From Camelus ferus (lineage: Eukaryota), in assembly GCF_009834535.1 (NCBI RefSeq), contig NC_045697.1, forward strand, positions 104,286,001 through 104,350,000: a stretch of DNA of 64,000 nt, written 5' to 3'. Numbering within the stretch: position 1 is the first letter of the stretch; every line of letters begins with the position of its first letter. The notes under the pieces are model-generated. The model was not told where the DNA came from and made no database searches. It saw nothing but the letters and a program-made list of their open reading frames with translations. Position numbers and translations under genes: made by a program. Shown piece after piece: positions 1-11,982 of this stretch.

Positions 1-420
1 AGCCTGGCCCCCTGCTCAACCCTGCTCAGCCACTGAATCTACCCAGATGGCACCACCTTGACAACCCCAGTGTTGATGCTGTTGGTCCATATGGAAGCTC
101 CTTGCAGAATTCCAAAGTGGGCAAACAATTCTCAGCCTTAAACCTAATCCTGCTTCTCCTTCAGCACCTCATCTGAAAGAGGAGAGATGGGGACCAATGT
201 GTCTCACACAGCCTCTCCCACTTCCCCTCCTGCCTAATAATATCCTTGTTGTGGAGCGGTTGGGCCAGGATTCCCCTCTGAAAACTCCACAAACTGGCCA
301 GCCAGACCTGCCTCTTGAACTTTTAAAGAAGCTTGGTTATGAGAAATTCCTTACTCTTGCTCAAAACCTTTGGCTTTCTAAAGTTAAGAAAATCAACTTT
401 GAGATTCAAGCCTCTCTAGG

Positions 421-990
421 TCAGTGGTTCTAGGGGCATGTTGGAAAGTTGTGGGGTGAATCTTGGTTGTCACAAAAATTGGGCAGCTCCAGGTTACTGG
501 CATTTAGTAGATGAGGGTCAAGGGTAATCAATGTCCTGGAATGAAGGAGGCAGTTCCATAATGAAAAATCATCGTTTCCAAAGTTCATGTAGATGAGAGA
601 ACTGTTTAGCATTTTCTGAGCTTAAAACCTAACTCTAACAAACTGGTTCAGCATGGTTTAAATATAAATCATGTATTTAGTTTACATAAGCCAGTTTCAA
701 ATTTCCAGCAAGGTAATTAATGCATAAGTGAGGGAAGATTACCCTCTGCCTTGTTTGAAACATGACCGAGTTTTTCCCTATTTCAAAAAATCACAAAGAG
801 CAGTACTGTTTGTTGTCTCTGAGTCACACAGAACCTGTCTGCATGGTTGGCTGTCCTTCAGGGCGATCATGGAGACACAAGTCTTATGCCTTCGGCGCAG
901 GTGTACCCAGCATTACACTGACATGCATGTTATTTCACCTTAAGTCATTTCCTCTGTCTCTCCTTTCTATTTCAACTAGAGCATTGCATT
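421..990 (+). mobile_element. hAT-Charlie non-autonomous DNA transposon, MER20B-like (degraded)
   Basis: Begins CAGTGGTTCT, then TTGGTTGTCACAA, TACTGGCATTTAGT, CTGAGCTTAAAACCTAACTC and GAGGGAAGATT in the order of the MER20/MER20B consensus as recalled. Right end approximate. Confidence 0.6.
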
Positions 991-1149
991 GATATTTAAA
1001 AGAATGTAGTAGGTAGCTAATGTTAGCTCTAAAATTTCATTGTGGGAGAATAAAGGAGGAATAAAAACTGATTGTTACACAAAGGGGGTTGGAGTCAGGC
1101 AAGGACAAGAGCTACTGCTCTGGGCAGTCCCCACGTCCCCGCTCTCCAT

Positions 1150-1347
1150 ATTGAGTACTTGCATGTGCGCTCAGTGTTTTCCAGACCTGCTCTCCTTGAC
1201 TCTTCTGAACCGTCCTCTGAGGTGGGCATTATCACCCCTACTTTAAAGAGGATGGAACTGCAGCTTAGAAAATCTAAGGAAAGCAGTATGTGGAAAAGCT
1301 GGGATCCAAATTCAAGTTCACTTGGCTGCAAAGCCTGGCCTCTTAAT
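1150..1347 (-). mobile_element. MIR SINE fragment
   Basis: CTCTGAGGTGGGCATTATCACCCCTACTTTAAAGAGGATGGAACTG ... GCTGGGATCCAAATTCAAG resembles the reverse complement of the MIR core. Confidence 0.6.
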
Positions 1348-1366
1348 GATCCGGTGTATTTAATGT

Positions 1367-1431
1367 AAAGAAAAAAAGAAGGAAGGGAGGAAAGAAAGGA
1401 GGGAGGGAGGGAGGAAGAAAGAGAGAGAAGG
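1367..1431. repeat. Polypurine (GGAA/GGAG/GA) low-complexity tract
   Basis: Uninterrupted A/G run seen directly. Confidence 0.9.
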
Positions 1432-1934
1432 GGCCATATTTTGTAAATTTCACTATCATATTCCTATTTATGCAGTTTAAAAAACCAATCATCAAAAATA
1501 TTTATCAGGCAATTAAAAGAAGCAGCAACCAAGATCTAGAGTTTTGTGTTTTAAGCAATCCTCTGTGGAATCCTTTACTGTTACCTAATTGTCTGACTTA
1601 ACATATCTCTGTGCTATTGTAACTTCCTCAATATTTTTTGTGGGAAAATACTAATCCTTACAATGTAAGTGACCAGCTAACAGTTTTACAGTGCAGTATT
1701 TCTCTAGTCTTTCATCCAAGAAACTGAAAGCACTTTAGCAACTTGAGTCCAATATGGAAAATAGCCCTACCTCCAATTATACAAAATGATAATAAGTGTA
1801 TTTCTACCCATGCTGTCACCCGAGAGAGGAGTCAGATTGTAGAACACATAAAAATTACTCATCCAGTTTCAGAAAAGGGTTTTTCTCCCCAAGATCCACA
1901 GGAAACCTCAGCTGATAAAAATACGGACAAGAAC

Positions 1935-2130
1935 GGTTGCTATTTATGGAGTCCCTGCTTTCCACCCATTAGTTTAGGCGCATTATTTCATTAAAACCGT
2001 ACAACAACCTATGAGTTAGGTGTTATTACCCTTACTGTACAGATGAAAAAATAAGGGCTCCAAGAGGTTATAAGTGGTCCAAGAGCATCCAACAACAGAG
2101 CGGGCAAGCTGGGATTTGAGCCCAGCTGTG
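1935..2130 (-). mobile_element. MIR SINE fragment
   Basis: ACAACAACCTATGAGTTAGGTGTTATTACCCTTACTGTACAGATGAAAAAATAAGG ... GCTGGGATTTGAGCCCAG matches the antisense MIR core and B-box region. Confidence 0.7.
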
Positions 2131-3189
2131 CCTACCCAACTACTCAGTGAGGGGCAGAGGCTCTTGCAGGAGTTCCCAGATCTTTAATGCCTCCAAAGGG
2201 TTAATATGTCAGAACATGACATGTTGTGTCATAGCAGAGCTTTGGGGGGCTTTGGATTAAACCTCCAGCTAAGTGTTACTTACATCTAGGAAGTCTAATT
2301 TCTAGGGGACATTCCCAGCTGTCTCTGACAGATTAGGATCTAGGGAGAATTTGGGCGGTTGACATGTCACTTCAGTGAAGAGAATGTTTCTTTGGGAAAT
2401 CCAACAGTGACAGGAAAGCTTGAGTCCATACTTTAATAAAATGCAAAATGATGAGGCAGAAAATTCCCAGAACTGTTTTCCCCACCTTCCAGCTCTCTCT
2501 ATTTTTGGTATTGTTTTTGGGTTGTTCCCGTGTCCTAGGAAAGCTAATCACTGCCGAGAAACTCTCTCAAAGGCCTCTATGACTTCCATATTCTCATCAC
2601 CTTTTCACTTTGTTCTCGAGCAGAACCTTACAAAGTTAAATGGAAAATGAAAACGGTAAATATAAAAGCAGCAGCCACTGGGTGTCACTGATTTACCACT
2701 TGAATATACCTCATCTCATGTTTCCATAGCAGGAGAAAACCTGGCCATTTTAGTGGGATATTTTGAAACCCCTCCTGTTCTTGAGTGATGCAGGCAAATA
2801 CAGAGGAGTTTAGAACATTAAAGATGTGGATCTTGTGACTTCGAGAAGAACAATGCGAATTTTTCTTCCATTCTGTGTTATAAATTATTCATAACTGTAA
2901 GGAATGAAATTCCCATTTTAGAGATGGATACACTGAAGCAGGGAAGGCTAACAGTGGAGGATGACAGAGAACACATTTGAAGCTTTACTTTTAAACTTTG
3001 ATGTTTTATTTTCATTTTAAGATAATTATCTAAAGCCAAGGACATAGGACCCATTACTTTGTCCTTGTCCCCACCTCCCAATTCTGTATCTAAGAAGAGA
3101 AAAAAAAGAAATAATTTCAGAACATCTGAGAGTTTCAGGATTCAGGTTATGTCCTCCTACAACATGATATTAGGAAGTGTCATGTATCA

Positions 3190-3405
3190 TATCTATTCTG
3201 AGAACAGGACGTTCATAGAAGTATCTCATTTAATCCTCCCATGAAACAGTACATAGGTTTCCACATGCCCAGATGAAAAAAAAAAATAGGGGATCAGAGA
3301 GAGTAAGTAACTTGCATAAGATTACAAAGGAAATAAGGTGAAGATTTCGGATTTAATCCCGCATTTTTGGCCCCCAAAGCCATGCTCATTCTGCCGCACC
3401 AGGCT
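3190..3405 (-). mobile_element. MIR SINE fragment
   Basis: TATCTCATTTAATCCTCCCATGA ... CAGATGAAAA ... AGAGAGTAAGTAACTTGCATAAGATTACA matches antisense MIR. Confidence 0.6.
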
Positions 3406-5567
3406 GCCCCGCTACAGAAACGCCGCCTTTGTTTTGGACACATCCCTTTCAAAACCGTTTCATATGGTGCCAAACCTTTGGTTGGCTAAGTAATAGGTGA
3501 TAAAAATATTAAGCCTAAGACAATTGTGTCTTTTGTCTTTGGAGACCACGTCCCAGGTAATTCCATTTGCCGAGGGCATCCTTTACAGCCTCTCAACCCA
3601 CAAAGATTAGGGATTTCCTCCCAAACTCCTCAGGCTGACATCTTGGTCTGGGATTCAGTTTTTCTGGATATTCCGCTGTCTAAGCAAGCCGAAGCTTATC
3701 TCTTTCTGTCGTAGATGTGTTTCTGCTCTCATTTTTGGCTTAAAAATCCCCATCCATCTGGAGAAATATAATCCTTATTTAGGCTAAAGAGTGGTGGAGA
3801 GCTTTGGGGTTATTTGTTTATCTTCCAATAGGTACAGCCACGGCCCAGCAAAGCTATAAACTCTTAAGCTTCCTGATTCTTCCTTGCCAAGACGATTAAG
3901 CTCAGAGCTGGAGGCTTTCTCTGGTGGAGATAAGATAGTGTGTCTGCATCACCATTAGCTCCTGCCAAGTTCCTGCTCTACAAAGAAGCCAGCTTTCCAG
4001 CCGATGGCCTTCTGACTCCTCGCCTCCCTGAATCACACCTGGATTGTGGATTCTTCCCTCTTTTAACCCAAAGTCAAAACGTCATGACTTCTTTCCTTTC
4101 TACTTTCTGCCTCCAGACCCTTGGGTTTCTGATTAGACCTGATTAATGTGGTAACTTTTCTCCTGACCCTGTGTAGTCTGGCAAATAATTATTTCATATT
4201 TAAAAAAAGAATCAGATTTCTAAAACACAATTCTGTTTCCCTTTCCATTCTCCACTTTAAGGAAAATGTACTGTTTTTCTTGTCAGCATATCTCACATAT
4301 CTGGGGGATAAAAATATTCTGTCTTCTTTTTCTCCCCTACTACTTTTTCTCCCCTGCTCCTTTCAACATCATTTTCTGGATAAGAATATCAGATTCACTC
4401 AGAAAACACACACAAAACTCAAGCTTCCTCTCTCAATGACCATTTCTGAAAGAGAGATGAAATAAATACAGTTGATGCAATCTAGCTGAAACTCGATTCT
4501 CTTTTCTTTATTAAAATACCTCAAACTTTTATCTTAAAAAAAAGACATCATTTATAGTAAAAACAAAAAAATCTTAAAAATAATATGTATTTTAAAATAC
4601 GGACCTCTCTGCTGCCCACACAAACCCTGCTGTTGGTTGGAGGAGCGGCGTGGATGATTGGGAAGGGTGGGAAAGGGTTTTCACATACTTGTGACATATC
4701 ACCTGCGAGGTCATCTGGATAAATGCTGAGAAGCATCCGGCCTCTTTTTGCCCAGAATTGTTAATAGGAGCATCTCTCATCTTGTTCTGCTTTCAAGTCA
4801 CCTGGCCTCGTTTAAGCACCTGCCGCCCTGTCATCATCCCCCACCTTCACTTAGCTGACCTCTGCAGAGCACTGTCCTTCCTCCCGACTTAGATGCTCTA
4901 GCCCGCCTCATTGCATCCATCCAGCACACATGTACCAGGCGACCACTCTGTTCCAGGCACTGATTCCACATTTTCACTTTTGTGGAATGTCCTCCACCTT
5001 CAGTCACTGCTTCTGGGAGCAGGACTCCTTAAGGAGCTTGTCCAAAGTCCCATAACTAAAAATGGGCAGAGGAAGGAAGGATGCAAGGCAAAACGGAAGC
5101 TGGGAGCCACCACGTGATACCAGCTTTGAGGTTTATTACTTCTATGTTAGGAAGATTTTCCTCTCCCATCCCTGGTTTCTCATTACTTCATCTAATAAGT
5201 TTCCCGAGAGACAAGGTAAATAGAAAATAAACTAGAATAAAGTACCTTAAGCTAGTGGATATTCTAAAAAATAAAATCTGACATGTAGTTATCTTTGTAT
5301 CGGTATCTTACATGATTTTCCTTCCTTTGTCAGTGTAGTTTAACCATTGATCATTACAAAGATCAGAGTAATGATCTTGTCCAAGGAAACCCATTTTAGG
5401 GAAATGTGTTCATCTGGAGAAGAACACACCTCCAGGAAGCCGGCAGTAGCCCTCATTCGCCCTCCCAGGGTTAGGGCAGCAGGGGGAAAGTATGGAATAT
5501 TTGTTTTGGCAAGGTATTTTAAAAATTCTCTCACTTTCACAATCTACATTAACAGTGTAAAAGGTGA

Positions 5568-5710
5568 GGTGAGAGGGTATAGCTCAAGTGGTAGAGCACC
5601 TGCTTAGCATACACAAGATCCTGGGTTCAATTCCCCAGTACCTCCTCTAGAAATAAATAAGTAAACCTAATTACCTATCCCCCCCAAAATTTAAAAAAGT
5701 TTTTTAATTT
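5568..5710 (+). mobile_element. tRNA-derived SINE, camelid Vic-1 type (long-tail variant)
   Basis: GAGGGTATAGCTCAAGTGGTAGAGC (A box) ... GGGTTCAATTCCC (B box), then the tail AAATAAATAAGTAAACCTAATTACC. Flanked by near-identical TAAAAGGTGA / TAAAGGGTGA (TSD). Confidence 0.9.
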
Positions 5711-8700
5711 AAAGGGTGAAAGTTATCCAAAGCTATGCAAAAAGGCATTGTCTGCAGAGGAGGAATTCTAAACTCTGCCTAAGTAAAGAGAATTAATGAA
5801 AATGAGAACATGTACTTTGAAGAATCACATGAGGAAAACTCAGCCAAGGTGGAGCGTATTCTCTGTCCCCTGATTACAACGTCATTGCCATTGTTTTACT
5901 CTCTGATCATTCATTGTCTCACTCTCAATCATCTAACAATTACACTCTGCTCTTGGAGAGCAGCTTGTGACCTCATGGTACGGTGAATGTGGTGGTGGGA
6001 CCAAGATGTTCAGTCCCAGGAAGTTCATACCAGAATGTAACGCCACCCAGTTCCTCCAGCACTGATGCCTCAGTGTCTTATCCAAGTGCCCAGCATGAGA
6101 CCAGGACAAGTGAGGCTGGTGAAGACCATCCCTGGGGAATCGCCTCCCCTACTCCCTGAATCTCCTCTCCCTGCACCCTCATCACCACTCAAGAGTTTGA
6201 GATGTTGAACTAATTCTCCCCACTGCCCCCCTGCATCCCATGAAACCTCCCGTCCCAGCATCACTTCTGCTCTGGGACCACACAAGTTGCAGAGGTTGTT
6301 GGTCCTTGTTGAGGGCTGTTGATCTTTAAAAGACCATAATCAGGTAAGAACAGAGTCATGCCTAGCATCTCCAGCTGGCTTGCCCCATTCTTCCTGACTC
6401 AAGTTCATCCAGCTAGCCAGAAAAGCCCCTACCCCTGCTCAGTAATCCAGACCTTTGCTCTCCATAAAGCATGAAGCTTAAAGAAATTGATTATAACTTC
6501 ACTAACAAAAAGAATGATACAGAGGTATTGTCAACTAGGAAATCCCACAAGCTCTAACACAACGGTTAGACTCAGCTCAGGCTACCAACTCAACTGGCTG
6601 CTAAAACATCCTTGGGTACCTATGCCCAGAACAACAGAAGTGTGTAGGATAACTGATTTCTTTTAAAATGTCCTCAAACAAACTAGCAAAAGCCACTTTG
6701 TTAAAGGTCTTCAAACATTAGATTTTCGGACAAAACACACTATTCAAAACCTTCAGCGCTGTGATACAAGACAGAAAGCGGGAGCCAGAGCTGAGCCCTG
6801 CCAACTGGAGTAACATGCTTCTGGGATGTGGAGCTTAAACATTTAAACAAATGTTTAAACAAAAAAGGAAAAGAGAAACAAAGTAGTGGGGTGGGGAGTG
6901 GGGGTGGAAGGGTAAAACCTTCCCTCCCTTGTGGCAGTTTTCCTTATTCTAGTTGAGAGGAAAAAAATCTGGAAAGATACATTATGATAGAGAAATTGCT
7001 CTTCGAGCGACTGGAGTCATCAGAGAACTCCCACTCTGTTACTGTGAACCCAGAGCTATGGAACCAAGGATGCCTGATGCCAAATTGGCCTGAAAGAAAT
7101 GAAGGATAAGCCGGAAGAAGGCTGGCCCCCAAAGGGAGTCAGGATGTCTTTAAGGAATCCTCTCAAGTTCCAGGGATAAAGCCAAGCTTAATTAGGCTTA
7201 ATTCGTGGTGAGAAATCATTCCTTAGACCTGGTTTCCTTTTAAAAACACACTCTCGTGAGCTCCTTGTTAAAGCTAGGATGAGGTTTATAATATTAATAT
7301 TGTTCAGGTTCAGCTAAACTCTGCCAGAGCCCTACTCTAGGGTCTGTTTGCGTCTACGTGTAGCAATACCACCTTCCTACTTGGGAGGCCAGATCTTGTT
7401 TACAAATTCATGTGTTTTAGGAATTAAAACTTTTGTAGGTAAAACCTATGATCATGAACATTTGAAATGATGTTAAAGTTCAAATCTAAGCCACCTACTA
7501 CCTGAATTCATTGTTCCCGTTGCTGTACTTTGATAAACACAGTTCTGATACCTACTCCGTGTTCCAGTTTTATTTCCCTCATGATAACATTCAGTTCACC
7601 ATGTAGTAAACCCGTCCTTGTTGCCAAGATCAAGCAACATATTCTAGTGCTTTCATAAGAAAACTGATGCAAAAACAAATAGAATGGGAATTACAATAAA
7701 GCATCAGATCAAGTAAAAACTATTTATTGATGATAATTATGATGAAAACAAAAGGACAGGTCAGGGCAGAAGAAAAACAAGGAGATTCAGATGCAAAATT
7801 TTCAAATCTTCTCTTCTGGTGAGGTGAAAAAAACAGTATTTTGCATACAAATAGCTTTGTCCAAAAACTAACTCTGTGTTTCTTTTTAGAAAAAGATGAA
7901 TTATCTTTTTAAAAATATTCCACAGGTGTACAATCACTCACGATGTAAGCAGTGGAACTCAATATTTGTGCTTTAGGAATTATGATCTCATCAAGAGTGT
8001 AACTTAGCCGCCAGGGAGACTGATTTCTTAAAATGGCTAAACTACTGTTGTCCAGATGTATTTTTGTCTCCCCTTATCTCTGTAGTGAACTATTTAAAAC
8101 AGCATACTCCTCAGTTTGAATATGGCCCACATGTTAAATTAAGTTCACCAAAATAACATGCTCAAGTTACCAATTTCCATTTAATAGAAATATTTCTATA
8201 AATTCCTAATATCACTGAAAGGCAGTGTGAGGCTAAGCACAAGAATATTTCTAAAAACTCATTCCACCCCAGGAGAAATTAATCTCTGTAAAAAAATATT
8301 ATGCAAACATTTATTTGCAAAGAATTCTAAGCATATCTTTAGAAAACCGCGTTTATAAACAAACTAGATAGGCTGTTTAAAGAGACTCTCCACTAAGTTG
8401 GTGGTTCTTTCATGTTGTTTTAATTATGTGTTTTAAAGACCTACATGATCTCTGACTGGATAGGGAAGTCTCATTTTTAAAAAGCAAAGATGTGTTACAG
8501 AATCACCGCAATTTGAGACCAATTCTTCCAGTAGCTAAACTACCTCCCACAGGGACAAGTTTTCTAGAAAAACAAATAAAGCAAATGGGAAGAGAAGGGA
8601 GTTTAGACTACAGAATCTAAAACCTAGATGTTCACTTCTGCCCTCTCTGAATCACCGAGAACATTTTCAGGTTAAACAGTCATGTATGGGCCTGCCTAGA

Positions 8701-9084
8701 GGTCTTTGATTTCATGATACTGGTTTGTAAGTCTCTCAATCTCCTTTAAGGCAACTCTAAGCAAAATTTAGAAATATGCCCTCTGTATCTGAGACTACCC
8801 GTGTCAGTTTCCTTGGCTCTACCCTAATCTCTATTTGTTCAATGACCTTGCAAAAATTGTAACAGCCACCCATCCAACCAACATGCCCAACCAAACCAAC
8901 CAATCTAGATACAAATATAAACTTGTACTTTTGAACATCTAGACTTGCTCTGCTATAGTTTGACAATGTTGTCTTGTGATGTCAGATTGATGTGTCCACC
9001 GAAGAGAATTGGTATTTCTGTGATAATTATCTGGGGAAGAGGAAAGTCCTTAGATAGAAAACTGGACCTTGGTAAATGCACCTT

Positions 9085-9150
9085 AAATTCATTCATTCAT
9101 TCATTCATTCACCCAGTGATTATGGAGTGCTTACTAACCAGCTGTCAGTG
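9085..9150 (-). mobile_element. L2 3' tail remnant with (ATTC)n
   Basis: ATTCATTCATTCATTCATTCA followed by TTATGGAGTGCTTACT, the antisense L2 terminus. Confidence 0.45.
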
Positions 9151-9184
9151 TTCACTAGCCTGAACCATTGTTCAAACTAGAGAC

Positions 9185-9700
9185 TGTAAGGGAGACAAAC
9201 TTTTACCTTTACCCTCCTGGGGGTGTTTTGTCTGGGCCTAAGAATTAAATTGACATAAGGCAGATCAACAAGAGAAAAGCATACAAATTTATTTAGTAGA
9301 AGTTTTATGTGCCACAGGATTCTTCATAAGAATGAAGACCCAAAGAAGTGGTGAAACCTATTTGCTTTTAGCATTAGGCAGGTTGGACAAAGAAAGGCGA
9401 CTGTAGAAAAATGGCTAAACTATGTGGGGAGACTGAAGGAAGATAAGAATTATTTTAACAAGGTCTGTTTGTATAGAATTCTCTCCGTCTCAGCCGCTCG
9501 CCATTGAGGATAAGAATGTTACTTTCCTTCTGGCATGGGGAGGACATCTTTTGTACAGGAATTTCATGTTCTGCTTTCAGGAAAAAGAAAGAAGGTCAGA
9601 GTGTTTTTCTTGTAATTGCTGTTTTTCAAGTGCTTTTAACTCAAAATAGTCAAGATGCCACAGAGGCATATTTTGGAGTGGCATGTCCTGAACTCCTTCA
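9185..9700 (-). mobile_element. ERV1-class solo LTR, MER34-like
   Basis: TG...CA termini (9185-9186, 9699-9700) with 4-bp flanks AGAC/AGAT. The minus strand starts TGAAGGAGTTCAGGACATGCCACTCCAAAATATGCCTCT, like the MER34 5' end. Confidence 0.75.
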
Positions 9701-10195
9701 AGATCATATATCCAACACCCACCCAGCATTTCCTGTTGGATATCTAAGAGGCATCTCCAATTCAATGTGTCCATAACTAACAGCCTCCAGTCTGACTCCC
9801 CAGTGTGTTTCCCCCTCTACTCCCCAGGCCAGCTGACGGCTACTCTTTGTTTCCAGTTGCTCAAACCAAAAGACCTGATTCCTCCCCTTTCTCACACTCC
9901 ATATTTAATCCATCAAGAAATCCCATTGGCTCTACCTTCAAAATATATCCAGAGTGTGGCCCCTTTCTACCACCTCCACCATGAAAACTCTGGTAGGATG
10001 GACAGTTGTGGAATTGTTTCAACTGGAGTATCCCAACACCTTGCACATCAGGTCCTCAGCCTTCCCCTTGCCTCCCTGTAGTCTACTCTCAGCACAACAA
10101 TCCAAATGATTCTGAGAAAATTTAGGTTCAAATCATGCCACATCTCTGCTCAAAACCCTCCAGTGACTCTGCATTTCACTCAAGAGAAGCCAAGG

Positions 10196-10720
10196 TCAAT
10201 AGATGATTGGATAAAGAGGTTGTGGTACATACATATATACAATGAAATACTACTCAGCCATAAAAAAGAATAAAATGATGCCATTTATAGCAACATAGAT
10301 TGGACCTGGAGATCTTCATACTTAGTGAAGTAAGCCAGAAACAGAAAGAAACATACCATATGATATCATTTATATGTGGAATCTAAAAAAATAACACAAA
10401 TGAGCTTATTTACATAACAAAACAGACTCACACAGAAAACAAACTTATGGCTCCGGGGGGGGGGATGGGGAGGGATAAACCAGGAGTTTGAGATTTACAG
10501 ATATTAACTATTATATATAAAATAGATAAACAACAAGTTTCTACTGTATAGCACAGGGAACCCTATTCAATATCTTGTAGTTACCTATAATGAAAAAGAA
10601 CATGAAAAGGGATATATGTATATATGTATGACTGAAACATTATGCTGTACACCAGAAATTGACACCCTGTAAACTGACTATACTTCAGTAAAAAAATTTA
10701 AAATATAAGAAAAAGAAAAG
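10196..10720 (+). mobile_element. 5'-truncated L1 (ORF2 end + 3' UTR + A-rich tail), probably a younger camelid-type subfamily
   Basis: GATTGGATAAAG..TACTACTCAGCCATAAAAAAGAA..GCAACAT..AGTGAAGTAAGCCAG; ends GCTGTACACCAGAAATTGACAC..ACTGACTATACTTCAGTAAAAAAA. Confidence 0.9.
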
Positions 10721-10732
10721 AAAGAAAAGCCA

Positions 10733-11243
10733 AAGAAGATATGGTCTATATATACAATGGAATATTACTCAGCCATGAAAAAGAATGAAATAATGCCATT
10801 TGCCGCAACATGGATGGACCTAGAGATTATCATGTTGAGTGAAGTAAATCAAACAGAGAAAGCCAAATATCATATGATATCCTTTATACATGAAATCTGA
10901 AAAAAGGATACAAATGAACTTACTTACAAAACAGAAACAGACTCACAGACATAGAAAACAAACATGGTTACTAAAGGGGAAAGGGGGAGATGGATAAATT
11001 AGGAGTTTGGGATTAGAGATACACACTACTATATATAAAATAGATAAACAACAAAGACCTACTGTAGTACAGGGAACTATATTCAATTTCTTATAATAAT
11101 ATATAATGGAAAAGAATCTGAAAAGAAAATATACATACGTATGTATATATAAAACTGAATCACTTTGCTATTCACCTGAAACTAACATTATAAATCAACT
11201 ATACTTCAGTAAAATTTTTTTTTTATATTTAAAAAATTTAAAA
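10733..11243 (+). mobile_element. 5'-truncated L1 (ORF2 end + 3' UTR), a different artiodactyl-type subfamily
   Basis: AAGAAGATATGG..GGAATATTACTCAGCC..GCAACATGGATGGACCTAGAG; ends AACTGAATCACTTTGCT..CCTGAAACTAACA..ATCAACTATACTTCAGTAAAA. Confidence 0.9.
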
Positions 11244-11982
11244 GGAAAAGCCAAAGTCCTTACTATGGCTCCAAATCTCCCATGACCACTTGCTCCCCAT
11301 TATCTCTCTGACATAATCCCATGTCCTCTCCTCCAGCCACAATGGCCTCTGCACCCTTCCTCTAACTATCTACCAACTTAAGCTCTAGGTGTAGGTTCTT
11401 TCCTCTGCCTAAAATACATCCCCCTGCACCCTGGCATATAATCACATGGTTAATTCTCTTGCTTCCTCCAAATTTTTTTCAGATTTTACCTTTTCTCTAG
11501 CGGGCCTCCCCACACAACTGTATCTTATATTGTGGACAGCCCTCCCCAAACACATGAACTCCCTGCTGGCATTTCCAATCTCCCTTAACCTATTCTATTT
11601 TTTTCCATGGTACTTATTTGATTGTAACCAAACTTATTTATTACATTTTGTTATTGTCTATTTGTTGTTCAATGACAGTGTTGTTTTGCTTTTGTCTCTT
11701 GGGTTTCCTGACATATCCCAAGCATCTGGCAGAGGGTGGGTGCTCGATGAACAATTGTTCAGTGGAGGAATGTGAGCAAAACAGATGTGATCTCTGCCGT
11801 CAGGAAGGTTATGGTCCACAGGAGTGGTGTCTCTTCTCTCTGGGCTTCATTTTGTGGTTGGGACCTCAATGAGCCTGGTGGGCCTGAAGGTGCCGGAGGA
11901 CACCCTCAGATGAGGGAGAAAGGATGCCCTCTGCCGCTGGGTGGGAGCTGCTGGACCATAACCTGAAGAGAAAGGAGCTATT

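Larger units (their letters stand above)
9155..11780 (+). mobile_element. L2 LINE 3' region, interrupted by an LTR and two L1 insertions
   Basis: CATATATCCAAC..TTGGATATCTAAGAGGCATCTC, CTACCTTCAAAATATATCCAGA, CTGCTCAAAACCCTCCAGTG and AAAGCCAAAGTCCTTACTATGGC are collinear L2 motifs on either side of the inserts. Confidence 0.75.

Noticed and set aside
5572..5645. tRNA gene (also 16590-16661)
   Set aside because: A and B boxes are present, but the A-rich tails, TSDs and multiple diverged copies identify these as SINEs.
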